The notes: generated from the letters alone by a model not told the origin. Counted from the stretch's first letter, positions 22,748 through 35,529 are shown. The stretch is DNA of 39,551 nucleotides from Octopus sinensis (GCF_006345805.1 NW_021835710.1:1-39551); one strand, 5' to 3'. Numbers and translations: made by a program.

Positions 22748-24506
22748 ATATTGTTGTTGGCATCCTTTTTGTCCCAGGAGACAATAGAGTTGCGCATAAA
22801 ATAATCTAGTCCGGTTTTTACATTTCACGTCCTAATACATCTCCTGCTGTGGCTGTGTAGTCCCATCCTGGATAAACACTCCCTCTGGCAGGTGCCGCAA
22901 ATGTAGCGAAGACTTTGTCTGGCTGGTTGTAATGTCATAGTTTCTTGTTGACATCTTTTCTTGTCTTTCCATTTCTCCTCTCACTCCTTTGTGTACCCTT
23001 TTCTATGTTGCGTCACCAATCTCCACGGTTGCTGGCAACTGCTTTCCAGTTGCTAATATTGATGATGCAGGTCTTCATGTCCCTTTTGGAAACATCCTTG
23101 TGTCGTAAGAACGGTCTTCTCACAGACCTAGTGCCCCTAGCAACCTCTCCGTTGAGTATATCCTTGGGGATTCTGCCTCTTCTATACGACTAACATGTCC
23201 AAGCCATCTCATACGTCTTTGTGTGAGGAGTGCAAACATGCTTGGTATTCCTGCTTCCTTGAGGATATATTTGTGGTCACACGGTTCTGCCATTTGATTC
23301 CAAGGATTTTCCGGAGGCAGCGCAGGTGAAAGATATTTAGGCGGCGCTCTTGGCGTGTGTATGGCGCCCAGGTCTCAATGCCATACAATAGAGTGCTAAG
23401 TAGCCATGCCTGGTAAATCTTCATTTTTGTGGTCTTGGTCAGCTTATTGTTGTCTTATGTCCGTTTGGAGAGTTGGGCCATCACAGCAGCTGTCTTGCCA
23501 ATGCGTATACTGAGCTCGGCATCAAGGGATAGGCTGTAGGTGACGATAGAGCCAAGGTAGGTAAACTTTTCCACCTCCTGTAGTCTGTGGTCTCCAATAT
23601 GTATGTTTGGGTTGTCCGATTTAGCCTGACCCACGATGTTGATCTTCCTGAGGCTAATAACTAAGCCAAAGTGACTACATACTTGCTCAAAAGAGTTGAT
23701 GAGCCTTTGCAGGGTTTCTTCTGTGTGTGATACCAGAGCGGCATCATCAGCAAAGAGCATCTCCTTGATCAGGACGCTTCTGATTTTGGTCTTGATACGC
23801 AGATGCGAGAGATTGAACAGTTTCCCGTCACTTCTACTGTGCAGTAACACTCTGTCATCTGATATCTCAAAGGCATGTAACAGCAGCAGCGAGATGCCAA
23901 ATAATGTAGGACCAAGGACACAGCCTTGCTTTACCCCGTTCTTTATTTGGAAGGCGGCTGATGTTGAACCATTGTGCTGTATAGTGCCTTGCAAATCATC
24001 ATGGAAAGATTTGATGATCTTCAGCAGCTTTGGTGGACATCCGATTTTTTGAAGCAGGATGAAGAGGCCTTTTCTACTAACCAGACCCTTGTCAGATCAA
24101 TGAAGGCCATATATAATGGCATTTTCTGTTCTCTGGGCTTCTATTGAAGTTGGCTATGGAGAATATCATGTCAATAGTTGATCTGCTTCTTCTAAAGCCA
24201 CACTGCGATTCTGGATAAATTCGAGAAGCAAGCAGTTGTAGGCTGGACAGGATAACGCGAGCAAAGGTCTTTCCAACAGTGCTGAGAAGAGATATTCCAC
24301 GGTAATTGTTACAATCACCACGGTCACCTTTGTTTTTGTAAGCATAATGATGTTAGCATCCTGTATATCCTTTCAGAGGGGCTGACTTGGTTGCGGGTGG
24401 ACCAAGGGCCTTCTTCAAACCGGCATACATCCCACGGGTGTCGCCACTGTCAGCAGCTGACTGGATACTCTGACAGATTTCCTGTTAGATGTCCTGACAG
24501 ATTTCC
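22748..24506 (-). mobile_element. 5'-truncated RTE-clade (RTE/BovB-like) LINE, decayed, with intact 3' end
   Basis: Track ORF 23455-23994 has NGVKQGCVLGPTLF, MLFADDAAL and KFTYLGS. Upstream frames give NNYRGISLLS and PESQCGFR; downstream frames give LLYGIETW, RLNIFHLRCLRKILGIKWQ, RRMRWLGH and the Cys/His motif YICGTCQRECLSRMGLHSHSRRC. The tail is gatgccaacaacaata. Confidence 0.92.
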
Positions 24507-25133
24507 AGTCAGTTGGGTTTTATTTCTTGCCTTCTGAGTTCTTCGAGTGACTTTAAGAACGTTAAGAATCGAAAAAACACTTATTTAATACAAGGAAAGA
24601 TTAAGAAGAGAGTGGAAGAAAGAAAGAAGAAAAAGGACGGCGTCGCTATTTGCAGAAAGGAATCGAAATAATAAACGTTAAGGACGTTCGATCAGGTATT
24701 AAATATAAACAAGAACATCTGTAGAAAGAAACGTGATTGACGATTTAAATAAAACGACTTAAAATATTTAACTTGGGAAAATTTTCAATAAAATACTCTC
24801 AATATGTGAAATTCGTCTTACCTTATATTTTTGTCAGAGAAAACGAAAACAAACTTACTTAAAGATCGCTTAACGGAATATAATTGATATTTTAAAATAT
24901 TTTTGTTCAAGTCTATGGAGACATGTTTGAGTTTTGCTTTAGCAATATGATTAGTTAATTAAGGAGAAACGAACATGGACAAAGTCATTTAAAGCGTACC
25001 TTCATGTCCTGGAAAACTTTCATGTATACTTTACTCTGATGGAACATATATAATATATATATTATTTATATCATATATATAAATATGTATATATATATGT
25101 GTGTGTGTGTGGTGTGTTTGTGTGTGTGTGTGT

Positions 25134-25457
25134 GAAGGCGCATGGCTCAGTGGTTAGAGCGTCGATCTTGAGGTTGTGAGTTCGAGTCCCAGACCGGGCT
25201 GTGTGTTGTGTTCTTCAGCAAGACACTTTATTTCACGTTGCTCCAGTTCACCCAGCTGTAGAAATGAGTTGTCACGTCACAGGTGCCAAGCTGTATCGGC
25301 CTTTGCCTTTCCCTGGGATAACACTGGTGGTGTGGAGAGGGGAGGTCGGTATGCATGGGCGACTTCTTGTCTTCCATAAACAACCTTACCTGGAGTTGTG
25401 TCTGGGAGGGTAACTTTCTTGGTGCAATCCCACGGTCAGTCATGACCGAAGTGGGTC
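25134..25457 (+). mobile_element. SINE-C copy
   Basis: Matches the reverse complement of 6409-6742 over its whole length, with a short deletion in the tRNA-like head. Confidence 0.85.
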
Positions 25458-25532
25458 AGCAGCATATTATATATATTATATATATGATTTATATATATGA
25501 TATATATATATATTATATATAATATATGTAAT

Positions 25533-25745
25533 TTTTTTTTTTGTACTTGTTTCAGTCATTTGACTGCGGCCATGCTGGAGCACCGCCTTTTGAGTACAGC
25601 AGGGATCACCACCTCCTGCCGGAGCCTCGTGGAGCTTTTAGGTGTTTTCGCTCAATAAACACACACAACGCCCGGTCTGGGAATCGAAACCGCGATCCTC
25701 CGACTGCAAGTCCGCTGCCCTAACCACTAGGCCATTGCGCCTCCA
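25533..25745 (-). mobile_element. Chimeric SINE: tRNA-derived head (SINE-D) joined to the SINE-A 3' tail
   Basis: Reverse complement: tggaggcgcaatggcctagtggttaggg (A box) ... ggtttcgattccc (B box) ... ccctgctgtactc, then directly aaaaggcggtgctccagcatggccgcagtcaaatgactgaaacaagtac and an A run. Confidence 0.75.
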
Positions 25746-25759
25746 TATATTTTATATAT

Positions 25760-26091
<332 letters not shown>

Positions 26092-26281
26092 AGCTCCGCT
26101 GTTAATTTTACACTGTTGGGTGACCATAGCTGGGAGCAGTAATCCAGGCAGCTGAGGACGAATGTCCTCCATAGGACCATCATGGTTTCCTTATCTTTGG
26201 TTCTGAATGTTCTTAGGATCCATCCAGCCAGTCGTCTGCACTTTGTCGCCATCCTGGTAATGTGCACTTGGAATGAGGTAT
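26092..26281 (-). mobile_element. Internal fragment of the CR1-type LINE
   Basis: HITRMATKCRRLAGWILRTFRTKDKETMMVLWRTFVLSCLDYCSQLWSPNSVKLTAEL matches 12620-12810. Confidence 0.9.
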
Positions 26282-26618
26282 GCTATTACATATATATTAT
26301 ATATGTTATACTGTATATTCTATATATTACCTTATATATCGGTATGAATAAAATGAGTACATACACACACATATGTATATATACATGCATACAAACATAT
26401 ACTGCATATTTATAAATATACATACATATATATGCATAGATGCACACACACACGCACACAGACACACACACATATATATATGCATATTAAATGCAATTAT
26501 TCAAATTATTCTATCCACCATGGGTCTAGCTTAATTCGTAACTGCTTTATAGATTGGTGATCTATGCTGATGACTGGAGAAGGACGCTATGCATGTGTGT
26601 TCTGAGGTATGGTCTTCC

Positions 26619-26845
26619 TCTCTTTACTCTTTTACTCTTTTACTTGTTTCAGTCATTTGACTGCGGCCATGCTGGAGCACCGCCTTTAATCGAGCAACTC
26701 GACCCCCGGACTTATTCTTTTGTAAGCCCAGTACTTATTCTATCAGTCTCTTTTGCCGAACCGCTAAGTAACGGGGACATAAACACACCAGCATCGGTTG
26801 TCAAGCAATGCTAGGGGGACAAACACACTCACACAAACACACACA

Positions 26846-26883
<38 letters not shown>

Positions 26884-27044
26884 TACGACGGGCTTCTTTC
26901 AGTTTCCGTCTACCAAATCCACTCACAAGGCATTGGTTGGCCCGGGTTTATAGTAGAAGACACTTGCCCAAGGTGCCACGAAGTGGGACTGAACCCGGAA
27001 CCATGTGGCTGGTAAACAAGCTACTTACCACATAGCCACTCCTG
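26619..27044 (-). mobile_element. Full-length SINE-A
   Basis: Inverted copy of 10469-10891 with a different central microsatellite and a (taaaagag)n tail. Confidence 0.9.
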
Positions 27045-27607
27045 AAAACAATGTCAGGAGATTTCCTTCCACTTTTTTTTCTGTAGATCAACAGTTTAAA
27101 ATGAACGCGTTTATTTTCTTGTTTTCATTAAATCTCAGTGAGTATTTAAAGTGTATAATAAATTTAATTTGAGTTCTAATTTATTTGAGCTACACACGCA
27201 CGCACACACACACAGACACGCACATGTATATGCAATGCATTTTAAAACAGGCGCCAAAAGGCGTGGCACGTTACCAAAGGGGATGGATGCGGTAGATCAG
27301 TTTCTCATTCGACTCTTATCTCCGACAAGGTCAGACAGTCTTCGTTACTTCAGATAGGTTAGAATAAGGATTCTGCGCGCCATATACAGAAAACGAACAT
27401 AGAAAACGTAGTCGGTATAAATACTTTATATAATGAAGATGTGTTTCATAAGATACGTAGACCGCAGTTGCGTGAGCATGAAACCATGTTACATGAACAA
27501 GCGCCGTCTGTCTCAATCAAGAGCATTACTCAGCAACCATACACTACAGTTCTTATGTGCATACGCTTTTTTGACTTTTCTTTTTTCATTTTTTTTTAAT
27601 AATTGTA

Positions 27608-28881
27608 TCAAGTCATCTCATAAGTTCTGTCTGATTTTACCTTTTTTAAAATTGAATGAAATTTAATAGTATTTTAGAATGTCTAATAGAATTTAAAATT
27701 ATTTTAATGTATTTGTGTACATTTAAACTAATTAAATATTATTTTACAGAATAATAGAATTAAATTTTCTTTGAACAAAAACCTTTCTAACATGGAAGTA
27801 TCCTAAGAGCATTAACGGCACATAATGCTTTATGAGTACCAAAAAGGAAACTCTGCAACCGAAGCGACTCGAAACATACATTCAGTTTATGGGAAAGAAT
27901 GCTTGAATGAAAGAACTTACAGAAGATGGTTTGCAAAATTCAGAAGTGGAGATTTCAGCCTTGAAGATGAAGATCGAACAGGACGTCCAGTTGAGTTTGA
28001 TGATAAGCTCCCTGAGGCATTACTTGAAGAAATTCCTGCGTTATCAGTTGAAGAATTGGCAATAAAGTTAGTTCAAACCATACAACTGTTCATCATCATC
28101 TTCAACAACTTAGAAAGGTTCCTAAACTTGAAAAATGGGTGCCTTATGAATTGTCCGAAAGCAACTGCAAATCCCGAGTTGACATCTGCCCTTCTCTCCA
28201 TTCTCACGAACACATTTCACCCTTTTTGGATAGCCTTGTGACTGGTGACGAAAGATGGATCTTCTATCGAAATGTTAAACGTCGTAAATAGTGGCTTGGT
28301 AAAAGGGAAAAAGCTCAACCGCAACCGAGAAGGGAACTTCATGGAAAAAAGGTTCTTCTCTCTATATGGTGGAATTGCAAAGGAGTAATTCACTTTGAAT
28401 TGTTACCACCTAATGCAACAATTAATGCTCGAGTCTACTGTCAGCAATTAGAGCGTTTGAACCAAGCTTTGAAGTAAAAAGACCCGCTTTAGTGAATCGA
28501 AAAGGAGTGATGTTTCATCAGGACAATGCGTGACCCCACACTGCTAAGATCACATTACAGAAGATCGGAGAGGTTGGTTAGGAAAAAATTCCTCATCCAC
28601 CTTATTCTCCTTCAGACTACCATTTGTTTCGTAGTTTACAGAATCATTTGGGAGACATAACTTTCGCAAGCCAGGAGGAAGTCGAAACTGACATTTCAGA
28701 GTTCTTCGCTTTGAAACCAAAAGAGTTTTACATCGATAGGATTAAAAAGTTTGTAAATAGATGGAAGGATGTCATAGATAATGAGGGAAAGTACATTGAT
28801 GATTATATTTAAATTAAATATAGCATTTGATCACTTGTTTTCTTTATTCAAAATTCTGACAGAACTTATGAGATGACCTGA
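27608..28881 (+). mobile_element. Full-length non-functional mariner (DD34D) element, 1274 bp
   Basis: TIRs tcaagtcatctcataagttctgtc (27608-27631) and gacagaacttatgagatgacctga (28858-28881) differ at 1 of 24 positions. TA flanks both ends (27606-07 and 28882-83). Confidence 0.95.
27792..28812 (+). pseudogene. Mariner transposase pseudogene
   Basis: Motifs WFAKFRSGDFSLEDEDRTGRP, WVPYEL, VTGDERW, HQDNA*PH and HPPYSP-SDYHLF. Several stops (including codons 5 and 8) and at least two frameshifts. Spacing is D34D if the 4 missing codons are restored. Confidence 0.95.
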
Positions 28882-29938
28882 TAAAACTGTAAATCTTTTT
28901 GCGAATAGAATCGTTCGAATCCATGAATTAATCATTTCAAAATTTGAACTACTAATTATCTAGTAAATGAGTCTGACATCCTAGTTAATGTGTGCTTTGA
29001 TAGAGTGTACCTTGTTACTGTATGTATGAATATCTAGCCAGCAAGATATAAAGTTAGGAAGTATTGAAAAGCAAATGGTTAGTTTATGAGAGTCTAGTTA
29101 GTGTGTAGGCAGTATCTGAAGTTGCATTTCTTGATAGTAAGAACATAGTTATTTGGTGTTAAGTTAGTGAATGTATGATTAACAATTGAATATTCGGCGA
29201 GTATTGATTTAGTTAGTATCTAGCTAATCAGTTAATCAGTGTCAGTTTAATGAGTACCTAATTAATGTATGATTGGTTTGCGACGGACTAGTTTGAAATC
29301 CTATTCTAGGAGTGACTCTTTGTGCTTTTCTAGTTAGTTCTGGTCCTTCTTTAACAAATTATGCATTCCACATAAAACAGATTCAGCTTTCGAGAGAAAG
29401 AGAGGGGGGGAGGAAAAGAGAGAAAGAGTGAAAGAGAAAGTAAGAGTGGTAGAAGGAAGAGAATTAAAGAGAGAGGGAAGAGAGTGAGAGAGAGAAGGAG
29501 AGGTAAATAGATAGATAGATATATAGAAAGATAGATAGAAAGATAGATAGGGAGATGAGAGGGAGAGTGAATTAGTTAGGAGAGAGAGAGAGAGAGAAAG
29601 AGAAAAGGAAACATTATATATAAGCCTCAAACTTTACATTTAAAAATCATACCTTCGGAAAGATAACGCGCGGATTCCAGAACGAGCACATTGGTTTTTA
29701 TTTCGAAAATATTCAGGCGCTATGCTTTGTGAATCGGACGTTTACGCTTTTTGACGTTTGAATTCACACACACACATATATACGAGTGTACAAATGAAAG
29801 AAAGTGGTACTGAACACGTATTCGGTAGGCGTTATATGTATTATTCATTTAATAACATTTTGATTCAGCGCCATCGAAATTAACTTTTCGTAGGCTCTTC
29901 CAGACGAGTAAAGGTTCAATGAACGAGCTTACGAAACT

Positions 29939-29940
<2 letters not shown>

Positions 29941-30008
<68 letters not shown>
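29941..30008. repeat. (GT)n microsatellite
   Basis: Direct reading. Confidence 0.95.
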
Positions 30009-30010
<2 letters not shown>

Positions 30011-30089
30011 CAAATGTTCGTGCCGCGCATCACCTCACTCCCTCCATCAAATCAACGCTATCTGAACAGGCGCACGGTGTACCAACCTG

Positions 30090-30188
30090 AGACGAAGTGT
30101 TTTGCTCAAGAGCATAACACATCACCTAGTCTGGGAACAGAAACCAAGATCTCACGATCGTGAATACAACACCCTAACCACTAGGCCA
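30090..30188 (-). mobile_element. Diverged tRNA-derived SINE head
   Basis: Reverse complement tgtggcctagtggttagggtgttg..cacgatcgtgagatcttggtttctgttcccagact resembles the SINE-C and SINE-D heads. Confidence 0.6.
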
Positions 30189-30354
30189 CACACACACATA
30201 TATATAAATGTATATATATATGTGTATAAATGTATGTATGAATGTATGTATGTATGATGTATGTATGTATGTATGTATGTATGTATGAATGTATGTACGT
30301 ATATATATACACACTCACACGCCCATAGATATACATATTTACACACACATCTAT

Positions 30355-30401
<47 letters not shown>

Positions 30402-32029
30402 CATCTATATACGTACACAGACACACTCACGCACACACAAATTTAAAAGACGACGAGGTGAAAAACAAACAGGGTTTTAGGTCGACGCTCTAGAAAATTG
30501 AAAGAAGTTTTCATACATACATTCATGCACATACACACACACATACGTGTGTGTGTGTATCCACAAACATACTAACATACAGCTATATACTTATACAAAC
30601 ATGCTAACACTCTTATATAAATATATATTTCTTTCCAAGCATAATTGCACAAGTACATCGAGCAAAAAAAAAAAAATTAACGTAATCTAACTTAATGTAG
30701 GCCTAGCAAGAAATGTCGACAATTACCATAACAGGTTGTAACTCCACCTACTAATTTGTCTTATGTTTATACTTCATGGAAAGTTTGTCTGTAATTTAAA
30801 TGTTAGCTGACGAGAGCTGGTAACGGTTAAGTAGTAATGACGGTGGTAGTGGTAGGAGTGTTCGTGAAAGGGGTAGATATAGCTTGTTGTGGAGAAAGGG
30901 TTATAGGAAAATATTTTATTTGTATTGCAGTTTATTGCAATAGCAGTGTCTGTAGCATGGCTTCTGAACTGCAGATATGAACATAAGTATGTATGTGTGT
31001 GTCACTTTGCACGTGCGTTTGTATGTATACGCAGACACGCACATACATTAGTTCTATATAATTGAAAAAGAAGTCCATATAAAAGATGAAGCAATGATCA
31101 TTGTTCTAAAATGTCTATTTTAAGCAAGACTCAACGTAAATTCAGAAAAACTAAAATAATTTAAATATTACAAAGCCTTATTGTGGGTGTAATGAGAATG
31201 TAAATAGATTCATTCTATAGTCTTGATGTGCAAAAATAACAAGGAAGGAGACTGCCAGGCGACTCTCTTCGTTATTGACCACTGTGCCGAATACGTACCC
31301 AGATTCCCACCCAATAGAAGGGGTCAACAACTATATAAAGCAATCATAGATTAAGTTTATCACATTAGTGTCTGGCTTAATTTGCATATTTGTGCCTTTG
31401 ACGGCTCGGCATTTGTGGTCTTCCCTAAGTCTATACGATGTAGATGTCATTGTTTGTATCTACTTGGTTTGGATGATGTTACACTACAAACACATGCACT
31501 CATTAAAGAGTTTTACTGTCGTTTCGCTTACTATAGGGACGTAAAAACCGAAGCAATTATTCATGTTTCACCAAAACAAAAGACTCAAGAAGCAGGACAT
31601 TTTAGCAGGGATCTCTATATAACGTTTCCGTTTGAACACACTCGAATCTGCTCCCACTGCTAGCGATTTAATTCTCTAGTTTGTGCGGGCACACGCGGGT
31701 GATTGTGTGTGTGTGTGTGTGTGCGTGTGTGGTAATTTTTGGGGTCCCACTGCATTATTTCAAGAGGATGCATTAAATCTAAATCATACAAAAATAAAGA
31801 AACTAGCAAAAAGTTTTTGTTAAGATTCGCATTGTTATTGCGTTTAAGTTTCTTTTCATTGTGTGTCTGTGTCTGTGAGTGTATGAGTGTGTATGTGTGT
31901 CTGTATATGTGTGCGTGTGTGTACACGCATACAATCCCCCCCCACACACACACATATCGAAGAGGCATGGTTGTGTCCTACCCTTCGCAGTACTTCTGAC
32001 ACCTGTGAAAAAGACGTAGGTGATATCTT

Positions 32030-32200
32030 TTATTGGCAATTGCATATCGACGATTTCGGGTAAAACAAGTGCAGGGAGGGAGTTCCAGAAGGACAACGTT
32101 CTAGGGAGTAAGGACTGGATACTGTGGTTAGTGCAGCGCCTATGGGGGAGACACAAGAGGTTTTGTGAAGAGAAACACAAATCCAGAGTGACAGCCTAAA
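32030..32200 (-). pseudogene. Possible C-terminal fragment of another CR1/L2/Jockey-group LINE
   Basis: RRCTNHSIQSLLPRTLSFWNSLPALVLPEIVDMQ resembles the xRTxxYxxSFxPRTxxLWNxLP motif at the end of these ORF2 proteins. Confidence 0.45.
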
Positions 32201-32664
32201 TAAAATCTCGGAGCAACTTCATGCAAATTAGTATTTTCTGATTCTGAACGTAGAAGGTGAGTTTTTGAAAAGCAGATTTAGCTAAGTTGAGGGTGTGTTT
32301 GCAAGGAGAAATCTTCAGTGATGGTGAGAACAACCATTAAGAATGATCGCGAGGGCTCTACTTGCATTCTGCTTGGCGGGTGAGTATGATAATGTAAACG
32401 TTTCTCGGTATGTACAGTAATTGTGTTTGTGTTGTTAAAGAAAGTATGACAACACTGAAAGATGTTATTCAGACCTCGTTCATTGAGTGAGCAGATATTT
32501 GGTGTGAGCTGTTTAACCCTTTAGCATTTAAGCAAATCTTTCCCAATATAAGCCGCTAATTTAGTGCATCAAATTTTCTCAGAAGCTCTCACAGCAATGG
32601 GAACTGAGGCGATGCGAACACACATTCCTCTCTCCTCTGCCTCTTCTCCTTTGCCTGTGCGTGT

Positions 32665-32671
32665 ATGTATG

Positions 32672-32705
<34 letters not shown>

Positions 32706-32740
32706 TGTATGTATGTATGTATGTATGTATGTATGTATGT
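32665..32740. repeat. (GTAT)n microsatellite
   Basis: Direct reading. Confidence 0.95.
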
Positions 32741-33022
32741 GTTTATGCATGTAGATGTGTATGTGTGTGTGTGAGTGCGTGTATAATATATAGTCAATTA
32801 TGGTATATTCCGTTAGGAACGTGGCAGAGTACAGTATAAAGCTCGTCCACCCTAAGTCTAAAGCACGTACACTCGTACTTTTCGAGAATGAAGCTGGGTG
32901 CCATCAATTGTAGTGATTAAAAAGCAACTGTCCAATATATATATATAGGCGTATATAATATTAATTCAACACTAGCAGATATACCAGACGTTGCTCGGGA
33001 TTAAAATGGCATAGTTTTCCTG

Positions 33023-33310
33023 TTTTACTTGTTTCAGTCATGTGACTGTGACCATGCTGGAGCACCGCCTTTAGTGAAACACATCAACCCCAGGATTCAT
33101 TCTCTTTAAGCCTAGTACTTATTCTATCGGTGTCTTGTGCAGAACCGCTTGGTTACGAGGATGTAAACATGCCAACATCGATTGTCAAGCGATGTTGGGT
33201 GGGGGACAAACACAGAAACACACAAATATATACATATAGGCAACAGTTTTCTTTCAGTTTCCGAGTACGAAATCCACTCACAGGGCTTTGGTCAGCCTGA
33301 GGCTATAGTA
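33023..33310 (-). mobile_element. Older SINE-A copy lacking its head
   Basis: Collinear with 26635-26955. The central microsatellite is much shorter. Confidence 0.85.
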
Positions 33311-33356
33311 TATATCGCCTACCCCATACCCCAACACGACCACACCACACCACACA

Positions 33357-33591
33357 CCTATTTCTTTACTACCCACAAGGGGCTAAACACAGATAGGACA
33401 AACAAGGACAGACAAACGGATTAAGTCGATTATATCGACCCCAGTGCGTAACTGGTACTTATTTAATCGACCCCGAAAGGATGAAAGGCAAAGTCGACCT
33501 CGGCGGAATTTGAACTCAGAACGCAACGGCAGACGAAATACTGCTAAGCACTTCGCCCGGTGTGCTAACGTTTCTGCCAGCTCACCGCCTT
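33357..33591 (-). mobile_element. Full-length SINE-B inserted in a CAC-rich sequence
   Basis: Highly similar to 13215-13446 and flanked on both sides by (ccaca)-rich DNA. Confidence 0.9.
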
Positions 33592-33859
33592 ACCACCACC
33601 TAACCATACCACCACCCCACACACCACCAAATCATACATCACCGTACCACACCACACCACATCACACATCATACCACCCCAAAGACACTAGAACTGACCA
33701 CTTCTCAGCACCTACACCATCATCCACACACCTACACATGCACACATGCACACGTCAAGGTCACCAGCCCCATTCTACACGCACATACACGCTCTCACAT
33801 ATACACGCACCTTCGTTTTGGGATCACCACTACCTAATTATCTCCCCTTCTTCCTAGCT

Positions 33860-34068
33860 CTCCTGTCTCACCCCTCTCTCCGGCATTCGCTATGATAAAT
33901 CGCTAGCCACTAAACCTTTTTCTATTTTCTCTCCCTGTTTATTTCTGTGTTCCTTTCTGTCGAAGAGCGTAAACTCGAAACGTAAAAAACATTCTCACTT
34001 TCCGAGCTTTAAACTAATACATCAGTTTACACACCCGGCTTCGTCTTTTTTTTGTAAATTCTCACTAT
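33860..34068 (+). mobile_element. Probable Penelope-type terminal repeat (pLTR) with a hammerhead-like motif
   Basis: Repeated in the window (20229-20344, weakly 30440-30500). Contains cctttCTGTCGAAgagcgtaaactcGAAAcgTAaaa. Confidence 0.5.
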
Positions 34069-34091
34069 ACATACACACATACATACATACA

Positions 34092-34190
<99 letters not shown>

Positions 34191-34316
34191 CATATGTATA
34201 CATATACATACACAAACACACACACACACATATATATATACATACATATACATAGACATATACATATACCTGTACACACACATATACATATATACATACG
34301 TATATCTATCTATCTA

Positions 34317-34355
<39 letters not shown>

Positions 34356-34518
34356 TTAAAACGAGGGTAAGAAATTGGATATTAACTTAATTAACGTCAA
34401 TTTAATACCGGGGTTCTCGCATATTAAAATTCTGAAGGTTCAGTAAATTTTATTATATACATATGGGAGGGATACCCCAGCTACTTTAGTCTTCTCATAC
34501 ACAACATAGCAGTCATGC

Positions 34519-34787
34519 TTTGAGGATTCATTGGTAACCTTGTCGTGCCATATTAGGACTAAGATCTTGCGGAGGTATCTGAGATGGAAAATACTAAGGC
34601 ACCTTTCCTGTCTGCTGTACAAGGTGCATGTTTCAGATCCATAGATGGATGTGCTGAGAACACATGCTTCATAAATCCTGATCTTTGTCGTGGTATCTAA
34701 TCTCTTGTTCTTTCATACTCGTTTTCTCAGCCTTCCAAAAGTTGTTGCTGCGTTCCCTATCCTGACATTAATCTCATCATCAAGTGA
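34519..34787 (-). pseudogene. Fragment of a second RTE-clade LINE
   Basis: SLDDEINVRIGNAATTFGRLRKRV*KNKRLDTTTKIRIYEACVLSTSIYGSET...FHLRYLRKIL..WHDKVTN is homologous to, but clearly diverged from, 23260-23520. Confidence 0.85.
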
Positions 34788-34854
34788 AGTAGTACATATA
34801 TATAAATATACAAAAATACACAAATATATATACATACATATACATAGACATATA

Positions 34855-35044
<190 letters not shown>

Positions 35045-35529
35045 TGGATATATAGTAACCGAAGTATTGCTCTGAAAAATAGAAATCAGAAAGGGAAAAG
35101 GTAAAAAATAGTGTCGCCTGTATGATTTGACGAGACTATGGGGGTACAAAAGTGTAATAAACCAACAAATAACTATAATTAGAGCAGCTTGTTGAATTGT
35201 TCGTTGGCAGAAAGTCGAAACTTGTTGGGTATTTTTGTTGCTGTTATTGTTAGGTTCTCGCATGTCTGATCTCGTTTCCCATTTAGCCAAATTAAATAAA
35301 TGTCAGCATTTAATTTATTCATGTCGTTCAACATCTTTGCTGTTTCCTAAGTAAATTTCATTTAACAACACTTTTACTTCTTTCACACAGAAATGGCGGG
35401 GAAAATGAGTTGTCTTAATTGGGAGATGTCATATTTTTATCATACGTTTCTGTTTTAGGTCTCTGGCAAGAAGTATTCATTGTTAAAAATATAAATTAAT
35501 AATAACATTAACAATAATAGTTTCAAATT

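Noticed and set aside
31305-31663. CCAAT and TATATAAA motifs followed by a 93-aa ORF
   Set aside because: The motifs are too close together and common in AT-rich DNA. The ORF starts at TTG and has no recognisable domain or splice support.
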